The notes under the pieces were generated by a model. It did not search any database. It saw only the letters and a list, made by a program, of their open reading frames with translations, and was not told where the DNA came from. From contig NC_043001.1 of NCBI RefSeq assembly GCF_006345805.1, positions 34,224,001-34,288,000 of the forward strand: DNA of 64,000 nt, read 5' to 3'. Shown piece after piece: positions 1-12,156 of the stretch. The first letter of the stretch is position 1, and each line of letters begins with the position of its first letter. Source of the DNA: Octopus sinensis. Lineage: Eukaryota. A program made the position numbers and the translations under genes.

Positions 1-137
1 CAGACATATCTTTACATACATACACTCATATACACATGCATACATATGTATATACACATACATACATACATAAATACCTTCATGTATATATAAATATATA
101 TATAGTATATATATATATAAGTACACACATATATATG

Positions 138-170
<33 letters not shown>

Positions 171-320
171 CACATAGATATACATGTATGTATATATGTG
201 TGTGTTTATATATATACATAATATGCGTGTATGTATTTATATGCACAGACACGCACTCACACGCACGCATACACATGTACACTCATACACATAAACGCGC
301 GCGCACATACAGGCATATGG

Positions 321-324
<4 letters not shown>

Positions 325-381
<57 letters not shown>

Positions 382-421
382 GAGAGAGAGAGAAAGACAG
401 AGCGAGAGAGAGGGAGAGAGA

Positions 422-482
<61 letters not shown>
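325..482. repeat. (AG)n microsatellite
   Basis: Near-pure AG dinucleotide run; source of the RERE/SLSL ORFs. Confidence 0.97.
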
Positions 483-485
<3 letters not shown>

Positions 486-837
486 CATGTTGAAAGAGGA
501 ATAGCGAAAGAGACCTGTATAGTGTATATTACTATTCTGAAGGTAGATATAATTATTTTCCCGTCATTTTTTAGATCAGATTAACCTATTAATTTCCGGT
601 GGAATATCATAAAAAACATGTCAATGAATATCGCAACAAAAGACGTAAAAAAATTATCCTTGGTGCTTGTTGCAGTAAGGAAATGATTATTTATTGAAGT
701 TTCTCTGATTATTATTTAGTCTGCAGAGGATTAGGAAATAAAAAATCAAGGCGATCGCCCAGATAAAGTATTTTGCCAATAAATGATTCTATCTTCTAAC
801 ACCGATAAACATACAATGCTCTATCTGTAACTGTCTG

Positions 838-1323
<486 letters not shown>

Positions 1324-1406
1324 ATCTACCTGCCTAACTGTCTGTCTGTCTTTATTTCTATTCGCGTATATTTTTACGCGGTGTTATATAACAAAAATAA
1401 ATTATT

Positions 1407-1812
1407 GGCGCAGGAGTGACTGTGTGGTAAGTAGCATGCTTACCAACCACATGGTTCCGGGTTCAGTCCCACTGCGTGGCATCTTGGGCAAGTGTCTTCT
1501 ACTATAGCCTCGGGCCGACCAAAGCCTTGTGAGTGGATTTGGTAGACGGAAACTGAAACAAACCCGTCGTATATATGTATATATATATATATGTGTGTGT
1601 GTATGCATGTTTGTGTGTCTGTGTTTGTGCCCCTAGCATTGCTTGACAACCGATCCTGGTGTGTTTACGTCCGCGTAACCTAGCGGTTCGGCAAAAGAGA
1701 CCGATAGAATAAGTACTGGGCTTACAAAAGAATAAATCCCGGGGTCGATTTGCTCGACTAAAGGCGGTGCTCCAGCATGGCCGCAGTCAAAGGACTGAAA
1801 CAAGTAAAAAAA
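1407..1812 (+). mobile_element. SINE family A, full length (tRNA-like head, CORE-like segment, internal (TA)n(TG)n)
   Basis: A-box-like TGACTGTGTGG and B-box-like GGTTCAGTCCC, then TTGGGCAAGTGTCTTC, an internal microsatellite and the tail GACTGAAACAAGTAAAA. About 18 copies or fragments occur in the window. Confidence 0.9.
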
Positions 1813-2280
1813 AGTAGCATTAAACTGAAAAATTATTCAATGCCTTTTTCAAGACAACATAGTCCAATGAAAGCTAGCAAGCATAAACTTCGAAGTCACT
1901 GTCACCTCTCTTCTGGTAGAACTCCTAAAAAAAACAGAGGCCGGATTTACTGTAATGTTTATATTCATCCACTACTGGTTGCATATTTTTTGTTTTACTT
2001 TTTGCACACTCCATTTACCAATATTACAGGTGCTATGTTATTCAGAGCACACAGAAACAGCTGTCGGACTTGAAATAACACGTCCTCAGCCCTTAGGTTT
2101 TCTGTATCTTTTATATTCTACACAACCCTGTTCAGTAAGAATATAAATAATCTATTTGCTCATACATGGACGTTCATCTTTTGAATACTTTCAGTTTTTC
2201 CTTTATTCTCCAAAAAGCCCCCTTCTCTCTCTCTCTCTTATATATATATAGTATTATATAATATATATAATATATAATAA

Positions 2281-2357
2281 TAGAAGAGCTTCTACAGGAC
2301 TAGAACTGTTTCATTCTCTTGAATGAAACAGTTCTAGTCCTGTAGAAGCTCCTTCTA
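2281..2357. repeat. Near-perfect hairpin (31-bp perfect stem, TCTT loop)
   Basis: GAGCTTCTACAGGACTAGAACTGTTTCATTC / GAATGAAACAGTTCTAGTCCTGTAGAAGCTC read directly. Confidence 0.95.
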
Positions 2358-2432
2358 TATAATAAATAATTTTACTCTGCTATGTATTGAGTACCTTATT
2401 TACTGTGGTTAACCCCGAATCAACCCGGGACC

Positions 2433-2433
<1 letters not shown>

Positions 2434-2487
<54 letters not shown>

Positions 2488-2489
2488 GA

Positions 2490-2558
<69 letters not shown>

Positions 2559-2642
2559 GTGTGTATATTGTGTATGTATATATATATAGATATATATATA
2601 TTATATATATATAGATATATAGATATACATATATATACACAC

Positions 2643-2689
<47 letters not shown>

Positions 2690-2748
2690 ATGTATATATA
2701 TTATATATTATATACATATTATATATATATGTGGTATATATGTATGAT

Positions 2749-2820
<72 letters not shown>

Positions 2821-2850
2821 ATATATGCATGATATTTTTATATATATATT
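2434..2850. repeat. (TA)n-rich compound microsatellite
   Basis: Long interrupted TA run. Confidence 0.95.
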
Positions 2851-3025
2851 ACCCTAGCGTGTTTATTTGTTATTTGCATCATTAGCTCCATATCAAACTC
2901 ACCTGGATTCCTCTTATATAGCCATTCTGTACCCAACGGACTTTGTCCTCGATAAATATTTCATTCTGTAAGTTTAAATCGTTTGTGCACTACAATGTGC
3001 TTTGTATATTATGCCTCTCTGGATC

Positions 3026-3127
<102 letters not shown>

Positions 3128-3128
3128 C

Positions 3129-3405
3129 CGGACTCGCGGTCGGAGGATCGCAGTTTCGATTCCCAGACCGGGCGTTGTGTGTGTTTATTGAGTGAAAACA
3201 CCTAAAAGCTCCACGAGGCTCCGGCAAGGGCTGGTAGCGACCCCTGTTGTACTCCTTCGCCACAACTTTCTCTCACTCTCTCATCCTGTTTCTAGAGTAA
3301 CGCTGCGATGGACTTGCGTCCCTTCCAGCTGGGGGGAACACATACGCCACAGAAACCGGGAAACTGGGCCCATGAACCTGGCTAGGCTTGAAAAGGGCGA
3401 AAAAA
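3129..3405 (+). mobile_element. SINE family C, 5'-clipped, tail type 1
   Basis: GGACTCGCGGTCGGAGGATCGCAGTTTCGATTCCCAGACC head shared with 21256, 39737(-) and 43519(-). The tail also occurs alone at 56725-56800(-). Confidence 0.85.
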
Positions 3406-4071
3406 GTTGATGATGTAAATTACGTATCTTTTCCGAGATATCCATGTCTCCGTCTAGGTTTTTCTGTAAAATCGTTGTAGTATTGTTTCAGAGACAAATC
3501 CTCTTTTATACATACAATAAGTTGCTAGTTTATCAAAATAAACCAGCAATTAGTAAAGATAGATTTTTGCTACAGATTGAAGCGAAACATTGTAAGCCCC
3601 GAAAATATACCTCAATTTTCAAAGTTATACTCTCATTGAAACAGAGCTCAATTTCTTTCGATCAAATGCCCGTAATTCCAGTTTTAGGTTATGTTTCACA
3701 CGCTCATTAAGGATCTACATGCTTGGCTATCAGCAACACACACACACACGGGCATACATACAAATATGCACGCGCAAATTCACTCATATGCGGGGGTTGA
3801 TGCATGGACTCATTATTTTCATTCATCTTCCTCATACGCGTCTCTCTTCGTACATGCATAGCTTCCAGGGACAGAAATCCTGAAAGCATCTTCTAATGAA
3901 ACCCAATAATGGTTTCTTTAATCAGCAGATACAATCACTGTGTGTGTAAAAGAAAATGTGCGGCATATTAACCTCTCTACACAATAAAAACTTTTCAATA
4001 GAATCTTTAACGTTACGAAAATATTTGGCTTCAGGATTTTTAATGATCACATAAGGGGATCAGGTATTATA

Positions 4072-4104
<33 letters not shown>

Positions 4105-4739
4105 ACACACGCATGCACACACTCTCGACACAACACACACACCCACACAATATTTGTGTGGATGGGTGTGTATAGTAGAAGACACTTGCCCAGTGTGACT
4201 GAGCCCGGAACTCCTACGCCTGTATATAAAGTAATAAAATTAGAATTGGCTTTACTCTACAATATATCTGGTTCTATATATCTTTCTTTTGAAAGATCTC
4301 TTTTATTCTATATGTGTGTATGAGTTTAATAAATGCGGTACAAAATGAATTTGTGGTTTAATGAAAAGGTATTTCGTTTCGAGAGAAGGTAAGCAAACGC
4401 CTATCAGCAGTTGTAACCGATTCCAAATGAGAAGGGTTACGGATCCCAAATAATCTACAATTCTCCTGAATTAACAAACCCATTAAATAAAAAAGAGCCA
4501 ATATGTATGGATGCACGCACAAGCACCCGCGCGTACACACACATACATACACACTTGCACGCGCGCGTACACGCACACACACACACACACACACATACAT
4601 ACATCGCTGGAATGTCTTCCCTCATAAGTTTTTCCCGACAGGGTTGACCTGAGGTTAAACTATAACAAATTAAAGCAACAATAGTTAAATATGATCAGAC
4701 ATGTTGAAATCTGGCAGTTAATAGGTCAAACGCACAAAT

Positions 4740-5227
4740 AGAATCAAACACACACACACGTACATACACACACACACACACAAACACAAACACACACATA
4801 CACACACATAGACACGCACACATACATACACACGCACACATACACACACTCACACGCACACACACATACACGCACACAAACACACACACACACACAAACA
4901 CAAACACACACATACACACACATAGACACGCACACATACATACACACGCACACATACACACACTCACACGCACACACACATACACGCACACAAACACACA
5001 CACACACACAAACACAAACACACACATATATACACTCACACACACACAGACACGCACACATACATACACTCGCACACATACACACACTCACACACACACA
5101 CATACACGCACACATACATACATACATACTCACACATGCACACACATACATACACGCGCACACATACACACACAAACACGCACATACACAGTGGAAAACT
5201 AATGCCGAGATAATCACAGAAACAAAT

Positions 5228-5272
<45 letters not shown>

Positions 5273-5330
5273 TGCGCGCACACTCCCACATACAACGCAT
5301 ACACAAACACACACAATCACACCCCCTCCC
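4740..5330. repeat. (CA)-derived higher-order minisatellite (~115-125 bp period)
   Basis: Marker CATAGACACGCACACATACATAC recurs at 4807 and 4921, with a variant near 5047. Confidence 0.85.
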
Positions 5331-5944
5331 ACACGCACAACACATAACAGAATTATACTGAAATGACAAGTTAGAACCATTAAACGAATTACGGATCCAC
5401 TGTAAGTTTCCGGAAGTATACGACTAGCCACACCAGCCTTTAGATTATTAAACAACACTATTACTAAACTGTAAATCTCTTCCCCACTCTGCCCCACTCT
5501 CCTCTTTCTGTCACTTCCTCACACACACACGTATTCATATACGTATTCATATGAATATACACGTACATATTTTTGTCTATGCCGTCATTTCTTTAATCTA
5601 TCCCTTCTCATTTTCCCTATTTGTCTCTAATGACGGAATATCCCGTACTCTGGGATACCCCAGAAACAGCTGTAAGACTTTGAATTTTTTCCAATAATAA
5701 TACTGCATATGACTTGAAATGTTTGCCCTGCCTTAACGTTTGTTGTCCTCTTTAATAGTCATATATCCGCTATATCCGAAATCTACAATGGCTCCATAAC
5801 TATCGTCTCGGCTATAACCTTGGAGCTTTAGTAATCCTTTACAGCACTTACCTAGCGTGCCTAATCGTTTAGATCACCCGTGAACTAAACCCTCATACTT
5901 TGTATATACAGGCACATTCACTCATCCACTCACTTCCTCCCAGA

Positions 5945-7080
5945 TATCAGGTCATCCCATAAATTCTGTCCGAATTTTGAATAAAGAAAACAAGTGATCA
6001 AATGTTATATTTAATTAAAATTTAATCATCAATGTACTTTCCCTGATTATCTATGACTTCCTTCCATCTATTTACAAGCTTTTTAATCCCATCAATGTAA
6101 AACTCTTTTGGTTTCACAGCGAAGAACTCTGAAATGTCAGTTTCGACCTCCTCCTGGCTTGCGAAAGTTATGTCCCCCAAATGAATCTATAAACTACGAA
6201 ACAAATGGTAATGTGAAGGAGCAAGGTCGGGAGAATAAGGTGGATGAGGAATTTTTTCCCAACCAAGCTCTTCGATCTTCTGTGATGTGATCTTTGCAGT
6301 GTGGGGTCGCGCATTGTCCTGATGAAACATCACTCCTTTTCGATTCACTAAAGCGGGTCTTTTTTTCTTCAAAGCTTGGTTCAAACGCTCTAATTGCTGA
6401 CAGTAGACTTGAACATTGTTGCATTAGGTGGTAATAATTCAAAATGAATTTCTCCTTTGCGATCCCATCAGACAGAGAGAAGAACCTTTTTCCCATGAAG
6501 TTCCTTTCTCAGTTGTGGTTGAGCTTTTTTTCCTTTTTACCAAGCCACTGTTTACGACGTTTAACATTTGGATAGAAGATTCATTTTTCGTCACCAGTCA
6601 CAAGTCTATCCAAAAAGGGTGAAATGAGTTCGTGAGAATGGAGAGAAGAGCAGATGTCAACTCGGGATTTGCAATTACTTTCGGACAATTCATGAGGCAC
6701 CCATTTTCTAAGTTTAGGAACCATTCCAAGTTATTGAAGATGACGATGAACAGTTGTATGGTTTGAACTAAACTTTATTGCTAATTCTTCAACTGATAAT
6801 GCAGGATTTTCTTTAAGTAATGCCTCAAGGAGCTTATCATCAAACTCAATTGGACGTCCCGTTCGATCTTCATCTTCAAAGCTGAAATCTCCACTTCTGA
6901 ATTTTGCAAACCATCTTCTGTAAGTTCTTTCATTCAAGTATTCTTTCCCATAAACTGAGTGTATGTTTTGAGTCGCTTCAGCTGCAGAATTTCATTTTTT
7001 GTACTCATAGCGCTCTATGTGCCTTAAATGCTCTTTGGATATTTTCATGTTAGAAAGGGTTTTAATCAAAGAGGAAAAAA
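5945..7080 (-). mobile_element. Mariner (Tc1/mariner) transposon, defective; transposase 7048->6022 with stops/frameshifts
   Basis: Translates MKISKEHLRH...RRWFAKFRSGDFSFEDEDRTGRP (HTH), KWVPH, TGDEK*, HQDNARPH, HPPYSPDLAP and C-terminal VIDNQGKYIDD*. A TA plus TIR-like TCAGGTCATCCCATAAATTCTGTCCG lies at 5945. The other TIR was not found. Confidence 0.93.
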
Positions 7081-7842
7081 ATCAATTCTTGGATTCGAGG
7101 AACGAGCCGCCACCGCCGCCGACGACGACGACAAAAAACTGCGGCGGCGATACAAATATGCATATATATATACACGCATATATGTATGTTTGTACGTGTG
7201 TGGTGTGTGTGTTGCATGATTGGTCTAGTGCAATGTATTAAATTATTAAACCCACTCTGTAGGTTTTGCATGGATATACATTATACGTACATATGATTGT
7301 GTGTATGTGTCTGTCTGTCTGTCAATCTGGATGTATGTATGTGTGTATATACATTTATGTGCGGCTGCATGTGTGTAAATATGCATACGAGAACCACTCA
7401 CAAAAGCTTCCCTAAAAATAAACGTTACAGATAAGAAGCAATTAACATAGAAATAAACAACTAATTAGATGAGGTCTATTCTTTTGCTTTACCGCTGCGC
7501 GGTACGGAGCCTTTTACATCATATATGAGCCTTGTACAGGAGGTGGTTCTCATCTTTGACATTTTCTCACTTATCTTCATCTATTGCATTCTATTTGATC
7601 CTATATATCGTTCTGCCATTACTGCAGCGGTTTAACCCCAAACAAATATCTGACACCATGGTTTTTCCTATATAGCGTGATTTGTCTGGTTTCGGTTTAT
7701 ACATGATCGCGCGTTCACATAGAAACAGTCAAAGAAACAGACATATTAACATAAATAGGCAGAACCCCGCCACATATACAAATGCTTACACACACACACA
7801 CACACACACAGGCATTTGCAGTTGTTTTACTTTCTGGTATCT

Positions 7843-8322
7843 TATTTCTTTATTGCCCTCAAGGGGCTAAACATAGAGGGGACAAACAAGGACAGACAAA
7901 GAGATTAAGTCGATTACATCGACCCCACTGTGTAACTGGTACTTTATTTATCGACCCCGAAAGGATGAAAGGCAAAGTCAACCTTGGCAGAATTTGAATT
8001 TAGAACGTAATGGCAGGCGAAATACCTATTTCTATTTCTTTACTACTTACAAGGGGCTAAACACAGAGAGGACAAACAAGGACAAACAAAGGGATTAAGT
8101 CGATTTTATCGACTCCAGTGCGTAACTGGTACTTAATTTATCGACCCTGAAAGGATGAAAGGCAAAGTCGACTTCGGCGGAATTTGAACTCAGAACGTAG
8201 CGGCAGGCGAAATACCTATTTCTATTTCTTTACTACCCACAAGGGGCTAAACACAGAGATGTCAAACAAGGACAGACAAACGGATTGAGTCGATTATATC
8301 GACCTCAGTGCGTAACTGGTAC
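7843..8322 (-). mobile_element. SINE family B, head-less tandem array (~190-bp period, about 2.6 units)
   Basis: Repeated body CCTTTCATCCTTTCGGGGTCGATAAATTAAGTACCAG, joined tail-to-body via AAAGAAATAG-GTATTTCG at 8026 and 8216. Confidence 0.92.
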
Positions 8323-8325
8323 TGG

Positions 8326-8358
<33 letters not shown>

Positions 8359-8512
8359 TATATATATACCATGTGGTTCGTAAGCAAGCTACTTACCACA
8401 CAGCCACTCCTACGCCTATATATAAAGTAATAAAATTAAAATTGGTTTTATTCTACAATGTATGTGGTTCTATATATCTTTCTTTTGAAAGATCTCTTTT
8501 ATTCTATGGGGG

Positions 8513-8850
8513 AGTCTTTTGCCGAACCGATAACTCACAGCGACGTAAACAAACCAACACCGGTTGTCAAGCGATGGTTTCACACACATGCACGCACACA
8601 TTCACACACACACAGCACATTCACACACACACAACACACACACACACACACACACACACATATTCGATAGGCTTGTTTCAGTTTCTGTCTGCCAGATCTA
8701 CTCAAGGCTTTGGTCGGCCCGAGACCATAACCATTGTCATCATCCAAGGTTCCACGCAGTGGGACTGTATACGAAACCACGTGGCTGGGAAGCAAACTTC
8801 TTACTACACAGCAATGCTTATTCCCATATAGCCACCCCTGCTCCCATATG
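8513..8850 (-). mobile_element. SINE family A, diverged
   Basis: Degenerate match to the family A body and head around a CA tract. Confidence 0.7.
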
Positions 8851-8879
8851 GTCACGCCTGCGTTCATTTGGTCACACCT

Positions 8880-10060
8880 GAGCCTCTATATTCAACTAAT
8901 GTTGAATTTTTACTTATAAATCATGAGGACCAACTAACAGGAGACAAACTTTATTCCTGGAGAGTGGATTACTTAGAGGATATTCCCGACAAGATCAACA
9001 ACCTGTATTTGCAAAAACAGAAACAATTTTTATGTAATACAGGCAATAAATAGCTTTATAAGTAAAACTTAACTTTCGCGAGTGAAACCTTAGCAGAAGG
9101 GAATTCTGGCAGTTTCCATCAATGAGAAAACTTTCACATTTACCAACAAATGATAATCTTATTTCTTTATTGCCCACAAGGGGCTAAACATACAGGGGAC
9201 AAACAAGGACAGACAAAGGAGTTAAGTCGATTACATCGACCCCAGTGCGTAACTGGTACTTATCGTAACTGGTACTTATCGACCCGAAAGGATGAAAGGC
9301 AAAGTCGACCTCGGCGGAATTTGAACTCAGAACGTAACGGCAGACGAAATACCTATTTCTTTACTACCCACAAGGAGCTAAACACAGAGGGGACAAACAA
9401 GGACAGATAAACGGTTTAAGTCGATTATATCGACCCCAGTGCGTATCTGGTACTTAATTTATCGACCCCGAAAGGATGAAAGGCAAATTCGACCTCGGCG
9501 GAATTTGAACTCAGAACGTAACGGCAGACGAAATACGGCTACGCATTTCGCCGGCGTGCTAACGTTTCTGCCAGCTCGTCGCCTTTAATGATAATCCGAG
9601 GATAATCTGAGGATAATCAAATGATAATCTGAGGAAGAGCGTGCATATCTACAACAATTCAAGAAAGATTTTGAAAGAAAATTTAATGATCTAATTAAAC
9701 TGAAGATTCCTGACTGAGTGAAACAATGCATTTATGTGCAAAGGAGAATAAAAAATGGATTTACAGGAGACCAGAATGATGAAGTAACGATGATTGTTTC
9801 TGAAAATCAAAGCTTGTGTGAACCTTGGGTACAATTTAGTTTGAAGTATCATACATTGTAGAATAAAACCAATTTTTATTTTGTTACTTTTCCATCCTTC
9901 GCTCTGGTGCTGAAGGGTTTTAACGCAGTAAACCTAATTTTGATCAAGAATTTAAACAGAATGCATGCGTAGCATGAGGATTGACGACTTCTTTTATCAA
10001 ATTTGGAACCAAATATCGTTGAACATGCTGCTAGTCATCAGCCACAGGGAACATTAATGG
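8880..10060 (+). pseudogene. hAT (Buster/Charlie-like) transposase C-terminal remnant, split by SINE B
   Basis: LYSTNVEFL..VDYLEDIPDKINNLYLQ before the SINE. After it, FPSFALVLKGFNAVNLILIKNLNR and RLLLSNLEPNIVEHAASHQPQ resemble the hAT dimerization-domain pattern FPS.YL.E.GFSAV...RL.LS..EP.I...HQ.Q.SH. Confidence 0.7.
9160..9583 (-). mobile_element. SINE family B dimer (one head, two bodies) with 13-bp TSD CAAATGATAATCT
   Basis: Head GGCGACGAGCTGGCAGAAACG ends at 9583 and the internal junction is at 9353. TSD copies are at 9147-9159 and 9618-9630. Confidence 0.92.
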
Positions 10061-10114
10061 ACAATATATACTATTTTAATTATTATTTTACACCATATAT
10101 ATTTGCAGTAAAAT

Positions 10115-10734
10115 GGCGCTGGAAAAAGTATAAGTATTTGTGAAGGAAATCTAATTCTCGGCGACAACTATGATTGTCACACGCTGACGACGAGGTCAAT
10201 ACCTCGAAACTCGAGTCCGTGTGTATCATAAGTTGAAGACGGAAGGATGACTTCCTTTGCAAATACTGACAGGACACAGAGATAGTGTGTCTATGGGCAG
10301 ACTGGAGGAGTGTGTCCTCCTGGGGCTAAAAACTACAGTAGAATCCACCCTTAGGGGTTAGCCATATTGAAATGGCAAAAATACGTCACGATGTGTTACC
10401 GCTACTGTATATAACTCACTGATATTTATCATTGTTTGATTTCACTTTTTCAATATCAGCGACAGTGGGCGCTGGAAAAAGTATAGTATTTGTGAAGGAA
10501 ATCTAATTCTCGGCGACAACTATGATTGTCACACGCTGACGAGAGGTCAATACCTCGAAACTCGAGTCCGTGTGTATCATAAGTTGAAGACGGGAAGGAT
10601 GACTTCCCTTTGCAAATACTGACAGGACACAGATAGTGTGGTCTATGGCCAGCTGGAGGAGTGTGTCCTCCTGGGGCTAAAAACTACAGTAGCATCCACC
10701 TTAGGGGTTAGCCATATGAAATGGCAAAAATACG

Positions 10735-10738
<4 letters not shown>
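10115..10738. repeat. 353-bp tandem duplication containing Helitron-related internal sequence
   Basis: GGCGCTGGAAAAAGTAT starts at 10115 and 10468. It includes CTACAGTA...GGTTAGCCATATTGAAATGGC, also present in the Helitron at about 58600-58645. Confidence 0.85.
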
Positions 10739-10769
<31 letters not shown>

Positions 10770-11046
10770 TTGTATCGTTTCATTTGTCTTGCTCGCTTTA
10801 TGTTCTGGCTTTTTGCGAAATTTCTTGAGAACATTTTTTTTAGTCGTCAGACTATATGGGGTCTATCTTTAGCATATTAGGAATCCACCTAGTGGTCATT
10901 TCTCTATGTATGTAATATAATTTTTCTGAATATTCGTTTTTTTTTTAAATGTTAGGCCACTGGTTTAAATTGATATTAATTTGATTAATATTAACTTTTA
11001 CCCTCATTATTTAAGTTATATAGATACATACATACATACATACATA

Positions 11047-11077
<31 letters not shown>

Positions 11078-11101
11078 CAACATATATATATATACACACA
11101 C

Positions 11102-11151
<50 letters not shown>

Positions 11152-11295
11152 GGGAATATAATTCCAAACTTACAGGGAAAAATTCAGTTTAGTAATTCTA
11201 AATCAAATTTCACAATATATAATATATGTATATAATTTAGAGAATATATCATATGTATGTATGTATGTATGTATTTTTTTTTTTTTTTTTTTTTT

Positions 11296-11506
11296 GTACT
11301 TGTTTCAGTCATTTGACTGCGGCCATGCTGGAGCGCACCGCCTTTAGAGTGGTGAAAGAGTATACCAGGGATCACCACCTCCTGCCGGAGCATGGAGCTT
11401 TTAGGTGTTTTTTCGCTCAATAACACACACAACACCGGTCTGGGAATCGAAACCGCGATCCTCCGACTGCAAGTCCGCTGCCCTAACACTAGGCCATTGC
11501 GCCTCC
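11296..11506 (-). mobile_element. Chimeric SINE: family C head + family A 3' end
   Basis: On the minus strand the C head/body runs to TACTCTTTCACCA, then switches near 11350 to CTCTAAAGGCGGTGCGCTCCAGCATGGCCGCAGTCAAATGACTGAAACAAGTA plus poly(A). Confidence 0.85.
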
Positions 11507-12086
11507 ACGTATGTATGTATGTATGTATGTATGTATGTATGTATGTATGTATGTATGTGTATATATGCAAATTTTCTTTTCTTTTTTCTCTCGTTTTAGA
11601 ACGTTTTGAAAATTCAAGAATTCTCTCTCTTTTTCTTTCTTTCTTTCTTTCTTTCTTTCTCTTTCTTTCTTTTCTTCTTTCTTTCTTTTTCTCCTTTCCA
11701 TCCCTCCTCTCCCATTACTTCATCCATTTGTGCCATTTCAGCCCTGTGAGTTTGTTTTTAGTTTGTTCACCAGCTTAGAAGATATCCTCAACCACTAAGT
11801 TAGAAATTGATATGTTTTAATACCAAACTGCAGTATAAACACACGTTAACACACACTACCCAAACACCCAACCAATACCACACACACACACACACGCGCC
11901 GCGCGCACGCACGCACGCTCACCTCACGCGCGCACGCGCACAACAGTATGTGGTGTTAATCACGCAATATGAATTACTGTCATAATTCTATTGTTTCATT
12001 GTTTAATTAAAATATATACCTCTTTGCCGTGCGAGCTGACAGATGTGATTATACGGAACTTCAATATACACCACCTCCGCTAAGTA

Positions 12087-12100
12087 GCCAGCCAGCCAGC

Positions 12101-12156
<56 letters not shown>

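Noticed and set aside
5846-5900. Coding exon ending at the strong minus-strand donor CTAG|GTAAGT
   Set aside because: All three frames upstream contain stops; at most a non-coding exon.
7843-8322. CRISPR-like array (also 36324-37034 and 10115-10738)
   Set aside because: Units are 190-353 bp with no unique spacers, the context is eukaryotic, and no cas genes are present.
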